This document shows, piece after piece, positions 29,101-38,335 of a stretch of DNA of 64,000 bases. Origin of the DNA: Abditibacterium sp. (lineage in GTDB: Bacteria; Armatimonadota; Abditibacteriia; Abditibacteriales; Abditibacteriaceae). A program made the translations under genes and the position numbers. The notes beneath the pieces are model-generated. The model was not told the origin of the DNA and made no database searches. It saw only the letters and a list, made by a program, of their open reading frames with translations. Numbering within the stretch: the stretch's first letter is position 1; the number at the start of each line of letters is the position of its first letter. The stretch lies in assembly GCA_965199495.1 (NCBI GenBank), contig CBDASK010000003.1, positions 1,216,001-1,280,000 of the forward strand. Direction: 5' to 3'.

Positions 29101-30778
29101 CACGCCGCTGCGCATCCGCCGTTTTGCGCCCAGTTCGGTCGCTGATGTCAAGTTCAAAAACGGCGAGAGCGCGCGCGTGGTCTCGCCGTTCGCGGCAGAG
29201 GGCGCGAATGCGGCGATAGGTTTCGAGCACGAAGTGGACGGCGTGGCTTTCACTTGCCGCTTCTCGCCCGAACTGCTGGCGGAAGTCAGAGAGCGCAATG
29301 GCGCGACGCTGCGAACCGCCTGGTTGCGCGACCAAATCGAGACCGATGCGATTTTGCTCGAACACGGCAACATCTTCCTGCTGGGCTGGTTGGCGCAGGT
29401 CTTCGCGTCCATCGTGCTCGCGCACGCCCTGGTTGAAGGATGCTCTTTGGAGGAGGCCGTTAACTATTTTCGCAGCCATCCCTGGGAGAGCGCGGTCGAG
29501 CAGTCTTTGAGCGTGATCTTTGGTGTGCTGGCGGTGGCAGCAGACGACAGCGATTTGGACGATGAAGGCGACGATGAAGCGAACGACTCGTCCGCCTCGC
29601 GCCCACGACTTTATCTGGCCTTGCGCGAATTGACGGCGTTGCAAGAGGTGCGCGACCGACTGTTGGAGCTTGCGCCCTGCTTGTGGCAAGACCCCGATTC
29701 CACCTGGGACGATTGGCTGCGCCAGCGCCTCAAGGCCACTTTGGGCGGCGCGTTGCTGCAAGCGTGCTACGCCGCCACGCCAAACGTCGGCAACGAAGAT
29801 TTACTGCTCGATTTGGAGAGCGGTGTGCCGGTGGAGTGGGCGCCCCATCCGTGCAACGAGGGCGAAGAAATTCTGTGGATTTCGGAAGACGTGATGGGCG
29901 GCGCGGGCGTGATCGAGGCGTTGCAGCGCGAGTATATCTCCGATGCGCGCCGCTTTTTCCTGCTCGTCGAAGCGGCGCTTGCGCCCTCGGACTTCGAGGT
30001 CGTTGACGCCCAGTTGACTCAGATCGTCGCGCTCTCGCAAAGCGCGCCCGACGTGGCTGGTGCGATGGACGCCGTGCGGCAGGCCACTTCCAACGCGGAA
30101 CTCGATCTCGCGCGCCGAGACTTGATGGAAACGCTACGGGCGCAGCACGTCGTCGTCAATCATCCGGTGATGACGGCTCTGGCCGCGCGTCTGCTGAGGC
30201 CTGGCAGTTCGCCCGACACCGACGAACTTTTGGGCCATCTCATCAGGCGTTGGGACGAAGAAGAGGCTAATCTGGGCATCGAAATAGACGCTCGTATCTT
30301 CGCTTATCTGGCGGCGGTGGACGCCGACATTACCACGCGTTTGGAGGACATCTTGACGAGATTAAGCGGAGGAACCAGCGCCCAGCAGTTGCAGCGACGC
30401 TATACCGTGCTCTACGGCTTGCTATGGCCGCGCGGCGCGGTCTTGCGCGAGCGCACCTTGGAGTCGTGGAACCCTTACGCGCCCCCTCGGCGCGGCGATG
30501 CGGCGCTGTTGCGAGAACTCCTGCGCGAGCGCAAAACGCCTGTTCTCATCAGTCGCCCCTATTGGGAAGACGAGGCGCAGTTGCAACTGCGCGAACGCGG
30601 TGAAGTTCTGCTGCGCTCCGACTCCGCGCAGGCCCACGAACTTCAAATCGCCATCCGCCAGTTTCTGCTGGTGCCAATCGAGGCCGGTTTTCTGCGCCTG
30701 TATCCGCACCTGTTGCGCCTGGAAAATACGCTCGATGGTTGGGTGGGCACGCTGCATCTGCCCGATGCCCTTCAATGA
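26123..30778 (+). CDS. dpdJ: DpdJ, Lhr-like DEAD/DEAH helicase
   Basis: LLTWG, AGTGTGKT, YPRNELLKDQ, DEVHTY, GLSATL, ATASLEVG, QRKGRAGR. Confidence 0.9.
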   Translation: MSLFQADPNQNLAVELLDRLEAREYELLTWGFLDGGFSREELEEHAEQVLDAHSVYHIGADDLIESLREGKLLFEFNLDQRILWRTRFAEAIRLFARLRQIFKADGWAIAPSLVSDFRLSVRPRRYPLRNILPAQVQQDLTRAIAPRSMQPIERAALNALTQGAGGEPLQLSRFQVEAAAQLLSAGDGQARGTIVCAGTGTGKTIAFYLPTLIQIARTMSAEAFWVQALAIYPRNELLKDQFTEAYGQARKLDALTQNRQGRKILIGAFYGDTPNNAAGARYKWKKSNVSNSNVYICPMLRCPICDGDLAWRDADITLGNEELHCLTSGCAGGTRADEVVLTRQRMQGGKDRPAQVPDILFTSTEMLNRSMSSTWNRPLFGVDVPTERAVKFVLLDEVHTYGGTHGAQVALLLRRWKKAAGAAPHFVGLSATLADPQAFFADITGLPLGRVAPIAVGEALEAEGKEYQLVLRGDPVSGTSLLSTSIQAAMLLARVMEPPGGEADELWGQRVFAFTDDLDVTNRLFHNTLDAEGRNSQGRIKAGRNGQPADPPLASLRSESQPAPAERMLEGQNWKICEEIGHDLGDAVSSPGDSARLRVGRTSSQDAGVDARSQLIVATASLEVGFNDPTVGAVMQHKAPRDAASFLQRKGRAGRRRRTRPWTVVVLSDYGRDRLTYQNYDQLFDPVLEKPSLPIDNRYVLRIQATYAFMDWMADKLKRGYRGSVWEDFTDPSDNRYEAERQENEVNIIRGILDSDGPLRRELAEHLRQSLQISADEVRAVMWEPPRALMTAVLPTLLRRLSYRWRVLGRPNEFDLKSDNAPLPEFVTANLFSDLNTPEVMITAPRQFKKADDEDYQETMPLSQALRACAPGRALRRFASQSIADNHWIEPAALESGEYSLEIGQFCRAERRENLGEFEAYIEGNAASFSCWRPQEMQLQQVPNEIRNTSNAQLQWHSQFLPPALPNADCDVPQGSLWNEWIRAVRFYTHNERTPLRIRRFAPSSVADVKFKNGESARVVSPFAAEGANAAIGFEHEVDGVAFTCRFSPELLAEVRERNGATLRTAWLRDQIETDAILLEHGNIFLLGWLAQVFASIVLAHALVEGCSLEEAVNYFRSHPWESAVEQSLSVIFGVLAVAADDSDLDDEGDDEANDSSASRPRLYLALRELTALQEVRDRLLELAPCLWQDPDSTWDDWLRQRLKATLGGALLQACYAATPNVGNEDLLLDLESGVPVEWAPHPCNEGEEILWISEDVMGGAGVIEALQREYISDARRFFLLVEAALAPSDFEVVDAQLTQIVALSQSAPDVAGAMDAVRQATSNAELDLARRDLMETLRAQHVVVNHPVMTALAARLLRPGSSPDTDELLGHLIRRWDEEEANLGIEIDARIFAYLAAVDADITTRLEDILTRLSGGTSAQQLQRRYTVLYGLLWPRGAVLRERTLESWNPYAPPRRGDAALLRELLRERKTPVLISRPYWEDEAQLQLRERGEVLLRSDSAQAHELQIAIRQFLLVPIEAGFLRLYPHLLRLENTLDGWVGTLHLPDALQ

Positions 30779-30852
30779 AAAGGCGCGATGGATGACAAAG
30801 TTGGCGACAAGAGGATAAAAAGAATGAATTTAGACAGACTCAAGGTGAAATT

Positions 30853-31389
30853 ATGTCCGTAACCATCAGAGAATTTCGGCGCACAGGCGTTGACCAATCG
30901 CTGGCGCAACTGCTCTCATCGGTTCTCGCCAGCGAGCTTTTGTGGCCCAGCAAGCGGCTCTGGCTGGTGTCGCCCTGGATCGGCGACATCGCCATTTTGG
31001 ACAACTCGACGGGCGCTTACGGCACGGTCGTGCCTGAATGGGAGCGTGCGGCGGTGCGCTTGTCGCAGGTGCTGATCTACTTGGCAAGTCAGGGCACCGA
31101 AGTCGTGGTCGCCCTGCGCGGCAAAGATCCCAATAACGCGCAGTTTCAAGCGGCGTTAAGCGAAGTTGTGAGCGCCCCTTCGAGTCGTATTCGGATCTTT
31201 AGCGAGCGACGTTTGCACGAAAAAGGCATGCTCGGCGACGGGTTTTATTTGAAAGGCTCCTTCAATTTTACCTGGAGCGGCATGCAAATCAATGAAGAAA
31301 TGGTCTCCTTCGTGACCGATCCCAGCCAAATCGCTGAAGCGCGCGTTGACTTCGCCGAGCGTTGGAAAAAAGAGGACGACTCATCATGA
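30853..31389 (+). CDS. dpdK: DpdK, phospholipase D-family nuclease-like protein
   Basis: LWLVSPWI and a single HKD motif LHEKGMLGD...GSFNFT.SG. Confidence 0.9.
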   Translation: MSVTIREFRRTGVDQSLAQLLSSVLASELLWPSKRLWLVSPWIGDIAILDNSTGAYGTVVPEWERAAVRLSQVLIYLASQGTEVVVALRGKDPNNAQFQAALSEVVSAPSSRIRIFSERRLHEKGMLGDGFYLKGSFNFTWSGMQINEEMVSFVTDPSQIAEARVDFAERWKKEDDSS

Positions 31390-33782
31390 CGCCACAAGAA
31401 CAGGCTCAGGCCACCAAAGACGCCTTAGTTACCGAATTCTTCGGGGTAGCCAACAAAATCAAGCGCGCCGATTTGGGCCGCGCTCATCCCGTTCCGCAGT
31501 GCGCTGCGTTGTGGATCGCGTTGCTCGACCATCCCGACGATAACGGGTTGCTGCCGACCACGATTCTGCCACGCCAAAAGCCGACGGGCGGACGGACGCA
31601 GTGGTACGGCGTAGCCTTTTCCTTGGCGCAGAGCCGAGACTTTCGCGAGCAGTTGACGGCGTTCGTGGGGCCGACGCTCTCGACGTATCGCGGTCACGCG
31701 TTTCCCCTCGATAGCTCCGATGCAGCGGAAAACGCCATTATTGAAGCGACGGGCTTGCCCAACGCTCCGGCCCAATTCGCTGCGATAGACAAAGAGAGCG
31801 GGCGCGAACTGGTTGCCGCGCTCTCTTTGATGGCCAACGTCCGAGCGGGCGCCGAGATGCGCGGGGTTGAGCAGGTCGTGGCGACCGGACGCGTCTTGCG
31901 CCGCTTCGAGTTGGCCCTACGCGCCGGACGCCGCGATGAAGCCGAATCGCATCTGGCTTATCTGCGCCGCCATCATCGGCTCGACCGGCTCAACCTGCAG
32001 TTTCTCGATGTGCAACTGCGCGCCGAATTGGGCTTGTGGCACGAGATCGTCGACATGCGCCACTTCAACGATTTGGCTCAGGTGCGCCGCCCCAAAGCCG
32101 TCACCGATGCTCTTTTGCGCGCGCTGTTCGAGACCTTCCTCGCCCAGTCCGAAACCGCCCATAACAGCGCCGCACTCGCGGCGGCTTTCGAGGCCGAAAT
32201 CGCGCCGCGCGGCGGCACGCTCTTCGAAGTCGCCGCCGGTCTCACCTCGCCAGGCGCGCTCAAGACTCTGCTGGCCTGGTCGGTGCAGCGCAATCAAGCC
32301 GCCACGGGCCACGCCGTTTGGCAGCGTCTGCAAAGCGCGACGCCCGCCCTCTCGCCCGATGAACATGATTTCTGGTTGGCCGTCGCTAACCGACTCGCGC
32401 CGTTTGCCCCTGCGTTAGCCCCCGCAATCACTCCGAGTGCAGCCGTTGATCTTTTGGTTGTAGCGCAGGAAGCGATAGGGGACGCGCGCTCCGAGGAAGC
32501 TTGGATAACCCTCGCTTCGGCTTCGGCTTCGCCGCAACGCGCGGCAATGCTGCTGCTTTGCGCTCAGATGATCGGCACCCTCGACGCCCGCCAAACCGCG
32601 ACGCAGGCCTTGAACGAACTCGAGACCTCCGAGCGTGATGAGCTGCTCTCGAACGTTCATCATGCCAAGCTCTGGACGCAGTGGCAACAAGAGGATGGCG
32701 TGGCTTCGACCTCGACGACGATTTCCGCCGCCGCTGCGATCTCGCCCTCGGTTCAGGTGCCCGCCAATTGGCTGCAGTGGCTCGATTTAGTGGAAGAACC
32801 CGAATGCAGTTACCCGCGTTTGCACGCCTTTGCGGCGCAGGGCGCACAGGAGTGGCCGCTCGCCGACTTGGTCGCTAATCCGCAAGCTCTCGAAGAGTTG
32901 GAGGACCGACTTGAAATCGCCGCAAGCCACAACCATGATCGATTGTTCGCGGGTGTGCCCGCGCTTCTGCGCTTTCTGGAACGTGATGGCGCCGCACCGC
33001 GCCCTGCGCTCAAGCCGTTGCTGTGTCGTCTTCGCAGTCTGTTGGCTTATTACGGCGAAACCTCCGATCTCTCGCAGTGGTCGGTTTACGCCGATTTATG
33101 TCGCTCAACCTTGGAATTGGGAGTTTCAGAGTCGGCTTATGGCGAACTCATCGAGGAGACCGAACTGCTGTGGCATGACCGATTGGCGCTCTCTAACGTC
33201 GAGGCCGCTTTGGATAATTTGGACATTTTGTGGGTTTATCCATGCCCTGATATAGAGGGACGAGCTTCGCTTGCCAATCGCGTCTTTGGACAAGTTTTAG
33301 ACTGGATTGACAGTGGGCGGCTCGATCCCGAATTGGAGCGTTTCTGTCGTCAACTGGCGAGTGATTACAAGCTGGACGAACTTTTGCCACCATCAAGGGA
33401 AGGCGTAGAACGTGACGGCGACACTCCGGTCGATCCGCTCTCCTTTTTAGCGGGCCAGAAGGTCGCGATCTATTCGCTGATGGAAAGCACCGCGCAACGC
33501 GTGCGGGACTTGGTGAAGCGGCGTTGCCCCGATTGCCAGATCGAGATCAATCATGACACGACGGCGACTTCCGCGCTCTCGAACTTGGCGCGCACCGCCG
33601 ACGTGTTCGTCAACGTGACAGCCAGCGCCACGCACGCAGCTACCGGCGCTATCGCGGCGGCGCGTGGAAAGGAGCAGGCGACGATACTGGTGAATTCCAA
33701 GGGTTCGTCCGCGCTTTTGCGGGCTTTGTCCGCGCTCGCTTTGCAAAGTCAACAGGATTTAGCGGGTGACGAAGCCGCCTAA
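31386..33782 (+). CDS. dpdD: DpdD
   Basis: ATGA overlap with dpdK; C-terminal KVAIYSLMESTAQR...NHD..AT..L...ADVFV...ATHAAT domain; synteny. Confidence 0.8.
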   Translation: MTPQEQAQATKDALVTEFFGVANKIKRADLGRAHPVPQCAALWIALLDHPDDNGLLPTTILPRQKPTGGRTQWYGVAFSLAQSRDFREQLTAFVGPTLSTYRGHAFPLDSSDAAENAIIEATGLPNAPAQFAAIDKESGRELVAALSLMANVRAGAEMRGVEQVVATGRVLRRFELALRAGRRDEAESHLAYLRRHHRLDRLNLQFLDVQLRAELGLWHEIVDMRHFNDLAQVRRPKAVTDALLRALFETFLAQSETAHNSAALAAAFEAEIAPRGGTLFEVAAGLTSPGALKTLLAWSVQRNQAATGHAVWQRLQSATPALSPDEHDFWLAVANRLAPFAPALAPAITPSAAVDLLVVAQEAIGDARSEEAWITLASASASPQRAAMLLLCAQMIGTLDARQTATQALNELETSERDELLSNVHHAKLWTQWQQEDGVASTSTTISAAAAISPSVQVPANWLQWLDLVEEPECSYPRLHAFAAQGAQEWPLADLVANPQALEELEDRLEIAASHNHDRLFAGVPALLRFLERDGAAPRPALKPLLCRLRSLLAYYGETSDLSQWSVYADLCRSTLELGVSESAYGELIEETELLWHDRLALSNVEAALDNLDILWVYPCPDIEGRASLANRVFGQVLDWIDSGRLDPELERFCRQLASDYKLDELLPPSREGVERDGDTPVDPLSFLAGQKVAIYSLMESTAQRVRDLVKRRCPDCQIEINHDTTATSALSNLARTADVFVNVTASATHAATGAIAAARGKEQATILVNSKGSSALLRALSALALQSQQDLAGDEAA

Positions 33783-33785
33783 AAC

Positions 33786-34154
33786 AGGTATGATTGAGGA
33801 TTGATTTTGCGCCGCGCGGGCGCCAACCGCGCCCACCCATGCCAACAAATCAGAACCAGGACGTCGTTGCCCAGTTCGGTGCCGCCACAAGCGTGGCCAA
33901 CACTGTCGGCGCGCGCGTTCGTCAGGCGCGTGACCGCCTGAATTGGGAACAACAGGACCTCAGCGACCGCTCTAAAGTCCCTATACAAACCCTCAAAGAT
34001 ATAGAACGCGGCAAGACCAAAGCTCCGCGCGCCAAAACCCTAAACGCTTTGGCTGAGGCGCTTGGCGTCGAGGCCGGATTTCTGCGCACCGGAGAAGACC
34101 CGCCCAACTTTGTTGCGCCTCAAGTATGATTGAGGTATGATTTAAGTATGGTTT
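33786..34154 (+). repeat. 11-bp direct repeats flanking the XRE gene (2 upstream, 3 downstream)
   Basis: AGGTATGATTG/AGGATTGATTT at 33786-33807 and AAGTATGATTG/AGGTATGATTT/AAGTATGGTTT at 34122-34154. Confidence 0.8.
33839..34129 (+). CDS. XRE-family HTH regulator within the dpd cluster
   Basis: VGARVRQARDRLNWEQQDLS...LKDIERGKT..P...LNALAEALGV; probable ATG at 33839. Confidence 0.88.
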   Translation: MPTNQNQDVVAQFGAATSVANTVGARVRQARDRLNWEQQDLSDRSKVPIQTLKDIERGKTKAPRAKTLNALAEALGVEAGFLRTGEDPPNFVAPQV

Positions 34155-34170
34155 CGAGCAGGAGATTATT

Positions 34171-35151
34171 TTGAAAATCGCGCTGGTGGTGCCCTGCACT
34201 AAATCCAAATCGCGGCTTCCAAGCGAAGTGATGCGATTCGGCGCGCTTGCCAAGGGCGAGTGCGCTCAGGTGGCGCTCAGGTGGCAGGCGGCGGCGCAAA
34301 GTCAATCGTTTTCTATAGACGCCGTGCGAGCAAGCGAGCTTTACAGCGGGAACAATTGGAATCTGGCCGCGCGTGCGCAAGCGGAGTTGGGCGATGAGTG
34401 CCAATTATGGATCGTGTCGGCAGGCTTTGGTTTGGTGAGCAGCGACGAGTGCTTGCCCGCTTACTCGGCGACTTTCGCCGCCGAAGAGAACCGCGTGTCC
34501 GATCAGATCAGTGGCGAGCGCTCGCCCGCAGCGGCCCACGCCGCTTGGTGGAAGAGCATTAACGCTGAGCGTCGCCGCACGGAAACGCCGCTGCTGACCA
34601 CGTTCGCCGAATTTGATCGTGTGATTTTAGCATTAAGTGCACCTTACCTGGCCGCCGTGCGCGAGGACGCGCTCGCCTTGGCGCGGGAGTTGGGGCCGCA
34701 GAAGTTATGGATGGTCGCGATGGAGACGCGCGCCCTGCCGCTTGATCTGCGCGAGTGCGCGGTCTTTGAAAATAGCGAGGTCGAGAATTTGATCGGTGGC
34801 ACGCGCGTTACGCTCAACCTTCGGGCTTTGGAGTGGTGGCTGCGAGAGGTCGTGCCAGTCACGGGGTGGGATAGGGCGGCGCAGCAGTTGGAGATTCGTC
34901 GTCGCATTTGCCAGGCGACACCGGCGCCCACGCGCCCCATCAATCCGATGAGCGATGCCGAAGTTACGACCTGGATCGAAGCCCGGCGCGCCGAAGCGGG
35001 CGGCCAGTGGCCAAGCGGCGGCAAGACTGGCTTACTGCGGACTTTGCGGGTGGGCGGGCGTTCGTGCGAGCAGAAGCGCTTCTCGCGTTTGTGCGAGCGC
35101 GTCTTAGCCAGAGGAGAGGCCGAGAAACTGGCGGCGGGAGGTGCGAGCTAA
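34171..35151 (+). CDS. dpdC: DpdC-like protein (DUF328/DUF6884-like)
   Basis: VVPCTKSK, A.ELYSG, LWIVSAGFGL...PAYSATF, C-terminal LLRTLR..GRSCEQKRF; immediately upstream of dpdA. Confidence 0.65.
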   Translation: MKIALVVPCTKSKSRLPSEVMRFGALAKGECAQVALRWQAAAQSQSFSIDAVRASELYSGNNWNLAARAQAELGDECQLWIVSAGFGLVSSDECLPAYSATFAAEENRVSDQISGERSPAAAHAAWWKSINAERRRTETPLLTTFAEFDRVILALSAPYLAAVREDALALARELGPQKLWMVAMETRALPLDLRECAVFENSEVENLIGGTRVTLNLRALEWWLREVVPVTGWDRAAQQLEIRRRICQATPAPTRPINPMSDAEVTTWIEARRAEAGGQWPSGGKTGLLRTLRVGGRSCEQKRFSRLCERVLARGEAEKLAAGGAS

Positions 35152-35152
35152 T

Positions 35153-36403
35153 ATGAAATTTCTTTTTGCCGACAGTCTCGACACCATCGATCCTGGCTAC
35201 GACTTCCAAAACGACGCGTTTACGCCCGACCGGCGCGCGCAGCACGACGACGTTTACCCGCACGAGTTTTTCCCCGCCGCGCCCTATGACGGTATGTTAG
35301 TCTCGCGTGCTGTCGTAGGTGATACCGGCCTCAAAGGCAAATACACCACGTCACAGAGCATCCGCTTTCGGCGCGATGGCGCGCGCGAGTTCCTGCGCTA
35401 CGAGGGGCCGATGGTGATGGGCGACTGCGGCGCGTTTTCCTACGTGCGCGAGGAAAAACCGCCCTACGGCATCGGCGAGATGCTCGACTACTACGCCGAC
35501 TGCGGCTTTACCCACGCCGTCTCGATTGACCATGTGATTTTGGGCTACGACGAATCGTTCGATAGCGCCACGCTTTTCGGCGGGCGCACGGGGCCGCTCG
35601 ACAATCCGCATTTGCCGCCCGAATGGAAGCGGCGCTACCTGCTCACCCTGGAGTTGGCCGAGCAGTTTCTGGCGCGCTGCCAGAGCGAACGCGCGCCTTT
35701 TGCGCCCATCGGCATCGCGCAGGGTTGGAGTCCGTTCTCCTACCGCGAAGCCGTTAAGCGCCTGGTCGAGATGGGCTACGACTATATCGCCCTGGGCGGC
35801 ATGGTGCCCCTGATGGCGCCACAGATCATGCGCGTTTTGGACGCAGTGCGCGAGGTCGCGCCCGATGTGAAACTGCACTTGTTTGGCTTTGCCAAAGTGG
35901 ATGATTTGCCCAAGTTCGTCGTTTATAATATCGAGTCGTTCGATTCGACTTCGCCGCTGCTGCGCGCGTTTAAGGACGGCCAAAAGAACTATCTGGGGCC
36001 GCAGCGCTGGTTCACGGCGCTGCGCGTGCCCGATGCCGACGAGAGCAACCTGTTCAAGCGTGACATCTTGGCGGGCGTGAAAGAGCAGAAGCATTTGCGC
36101 GAACTCGAAACCAAAACTCTGGCGGCGATTCGCGCTTTTGACGCCGACGAGATCGGTGTCGAAGAGGCGCTGCATCCGCTCGAACAATACGGTTTAGAAA
36201 TGGGCAAAAAGGTGCCGCTCTACGCTTACCGCGATACTCTGACGGCGCGCCCGTGGAAAACTTGCGAGTGCCGCGTCTGCCGCGAGGCGGGCGTCGAAGT
36301 CGTGGTGTTTCGCGGCTCCAATCGCAATCGCCGACGCGGATTTCACAATCTGTGGGAGTTCCACCGCCAACTCAACTCGCTACGCCCTTCCAACGCGCTT
36401 TAA
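35153..36403 (+). CDS. dpdA: DpdA, tRNA-guanine-transglycosylase-like DNA 7-deazaguanine insertase
   Basis: GDCGAFSY, SIDH, AQGWS, IALGGMVP, LHLFG, SFDSTSP, Zn site CECRVC...RRGFHN. Confidence 0.93.
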   Translation: MKFLFADSLDTIDPGYDFQNDAFTPDRRAQHDDVYPHEFFPAAPYDGMLVSRAVVGDTGLKGKYTTSQSIRFRRDGAREFLRYEGPMVMGDCGAFSYVREEKPPYGIGEMLDYYADCGFTHAVSIDHVILGYDESFDSATLFGGRTGPLDNPHLPPEWKRRYLLTLELAEQFLARCQSERAPFAPIGIAQGWSPFSYREAVKRLVEMGYDYIALGGMVPLMAPQIMRVLDAVREVAPDVKLHLFGFAKVDDLPKFVVYNIESFDSTSPLLRAFKDGQKNYLGPQRWFTALRVPDADESNLFKRDILAGVKEQKHLRELETKTLAAIRAFDADEIGVEEALHPLEQYGLEMGKKVPLYAYRDTLTARPWKTCECRVCREAGVEVVVFRGSNRNRRRGFHNLWEFHRQLNSLRPSNAL

Positions 36404-36425
36404 CGCCCAGCGTTTTTAAATTTTC

Positions 36426-37592
36426 ATGTCTACTGCCAAATTGTCCACCGCTCCTGCTCCCATGCCCACTGACTCTGATTCTCGCTCCACAGTCGCCTTC
36501 GAGGCGCTTCGCCTGACGCAGCCTTCGGGCCGCCACGTCTATTCGTTTGCCGCCGGTGCGCTCGCGCTCCTCGATATCGCCGACATCCCGCGCATCAAGC
36601 GCGCCGACGATCTCTCGCTCGAAGGTTACCAGCGGCCCGAAGTGGTCGGCCATATCGCCGAGATTCGGCGTTACTTGGACAGCGATAACGCCATTTTGCC
36701 CAACACCATCGTGCTGGCCTTTACCCAGGAGATCGAGTTCACGCCCTATAATGCGAGCGAAAACGGCGGCGGCCCCAGCCGGAGCGGACGCTTGACGGTG
36801 GAAGTGCGCGAGGGCGAGAAACCAGCGTTTGTGGTGGATGGCCAGCAGAGGTTGGCGGCGGCTTCGAGTTGTAAACACGCGGAGTTCCCGCTCTTCGTGA
36901 GCGCGTTTGTGGCGCCAGATCCCGCCGAACAGCGCAAGCAGTTCGTCTTGGTGAATCGCACCAAACCATTACCACAGGGCCTGATATTCGAGCTTTTGGC
37001 CGAGATCGATGGTCATCTGCCAACGGCTCTCTCCAAGGCGCGTTTGGCCTCGCTATTGACCAATCGGCTCAACTTCTCGCCTGGCGCTTTGCGAGGCAAA
37101 ATCCGCACGCCGACCCAGCCTGGAGGCACGATCAAAGACAATTCGATGCGCCGCGCCATCGCCAACAGCTTAAACGATGGCGCGCTCTTTCAGGTCGCCA
37201 AAAGCGCGGGCCGCGACGGCTGGGAAAACGAGGACAAGATGCACGCCGCCATGCAAGAAGTGGTAGCGACCTTCTGGGAAGGCGTCTCCTTGGCGTTTCC
37301 GACCGCGTGGGAACTGCCGCCCAAAGCCTCGCGCCTGACGCATGGCGTGGGTATAGTGGCGCTTGGATTCGTAATGGATCACCTGCACGCGCGCCGTCTC
37401 AAAGGTGCCGATTGGAATGCCATAAGCATCGCCAACGAACTGCAAACTCTGGCGCCGCACTGCGCCTGGACGAGTGGCGCCTGGCACTTTAGCGATGAGG
37501 ACGTGCGCGGTTGGAACGTGCTCCAAAACACCGACCGCGACGTGCGACTGCTGACGGCTTACATGACGCGGTTAGTGGAAGAAAAACTATAG
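36426..37592 (+). CDS. dpdB: DpdB, DGQHR-family (DndB-like) protein
   Basis: GYQRPEV..HI.EI..YL, PNTIVLA, VVDGQQR, QFVLVN.TKPLP, RLTHGVGI. Confidence 0.9.
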   Translation: MSTAKLSTAPAPMPTDSDSRSTVAFEALRLTQPSGRHVYSFAAGALALLDIADIPRIKRADDLSLEGYQRPEVVGHIAEIRRYLDSDNAILPNTIVLAFTQEIEFTPYNASENGGGPSRSGRLTVEVREGEKPAFVVDGQQRLAAASSCKHAEFPLFVSAFVAPDPAEQRKQFVLVNRTKPLPQGLIFELLAEIDGHLPTALSKARLASLLTNRLNFSPGALRGKIRTPTQPGGTIKDNSMRRAIANSLNDGALFQVAKSAGRDGWENEDKMHAAMQEVVATFWEGVSLAFPTAWELPPKASRLTHGVGIVALGFVMDHLHARRLKGADWNAISIANELQTLAPHCAWTSGAWHFSDEDVRGWNVLQNTDRDVRLLTAYMTRLVEEKL

Positions 37593-37640
37593 GTCGGATA
37601 CTTGTGCGCTATTATTTTCGCGTATTTTACTTTTTGGTGC

Positions 37641-38150
37641 ATGAACACCAACACATCACCCCACGAACTCGACGCAACCACCGACACAACCACCGATAAC
37701 CCCAAAGGCGAATCCGCTAATATACGTCCCCGCGCGGAGTGGGACGAGGACGAGATTTTCGACGGGCGCCCCAAGAGCGTAACCATTCAGATTCTCGTCG
37801 TCTCGCCCGGCGCCGCGCCCTACCCGCACACGCTCGACAATTCTCTCGACGCCATGCAAGAGATTATCGGCGGCAACGTCACCTCGTTCGACGCTGGCGT
37901 AACAGATACCGTCGGCATCGCCCACGACGAGGGCCTGCTGCTGCGCTTGCCGCCCAACCGCCTGATTCCCGCCACGGGCGCTGTTATCTTCGGCACATTT
38001 TTCATCGCGGGCAGCGGCGTCAACCTGCACTCTTTGACACCGGAGCAGATGAGCGAAGCCGCCAAGCTCTTCGAGCATCCGCTGCGGCTCCAGCAACTCG
38101 CCCAACTCTTGCAACGCGAGCGCTCGGACTTCGACGGCACCGACGATTAA
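37641..38150 (+). CDS. DUF3846-like protein
   Basis: ILVVSPG..P....DNSLDAMQEIIGG...HDEGLL..LPPNR....IFGTFFIAG...SLT.EQ. Confidence 0.8.
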   Translation: MNTNTSPHELDATTDTTTDNPKGESANIRPRAEWDEDEIFDGRPKSVTIQILVVSPGAAPYPHTLDNSLDAMQEIIGGNVTSFDAGVTDTVGIAHDEGLLLRLPPNRLIPATGAVIFGTFFIAGSGVNLHSLTPEQMSEAAKLFEHPLRLQQLAQLLQRERSDFDGTDD

Positions 38151-38170
38151 CCCCGCACACCAAATAGCGC

Positions 38171-38205
38171 GGCCCAACTCGATGGTGAGTTGGGCCTCGT
38201 TTGTA
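38171..38205 (+). terminator. Terminator-like hairpin
   Basis: GGCCCAACTC-gatggt-GAGTTGGGCC followed by tcgtttgt. Confidence 0.55.
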
Positions 38206-38335
38206 TTCACAGGTGGCTTTCCTTGTGCCCAGAAGCCGTTTCCTTTGCGCTTTCAGTTACTTTTGGCTACATCGGGGCCTAACGCACTTGAACTGCTTTT
38301 CCTTTCGCATTCGCGGATTCGCCCGATTTTTGCCT

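Larger units (their letters stand above)
1..38300. mobile_element. Putative genomic island (integrative element or satellite-like) carrying primase-helicase, mutasome and Dpd cluster; left end outside the window
   Basis: Continuous accessory content (replication protein, XREs, DUF3846-like genes, defence cluster) switches to housekeeping genes at comM. The host-type palindromic repeats were not seen here. No integrase or att site is visible, so the boundaries are approximate. Confidence 0.6.

Noticed and set aside
15263..31389. DISARM, BREX or Druantia assignment for the helicase and PLD genes
   Set aside because: No cognate methyltransferase or PglZ in the cluster; gene order and motifs fit dpdE-K.
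36426..37592. DndB of a phosphorothioate (Dnd) system
   Set aside because: No dndCDE; the position next to a TGT-like gene indicates DpdB.
1..38300. Prophage
   Set aside because: No structural, terminase or lysis genes are visible.
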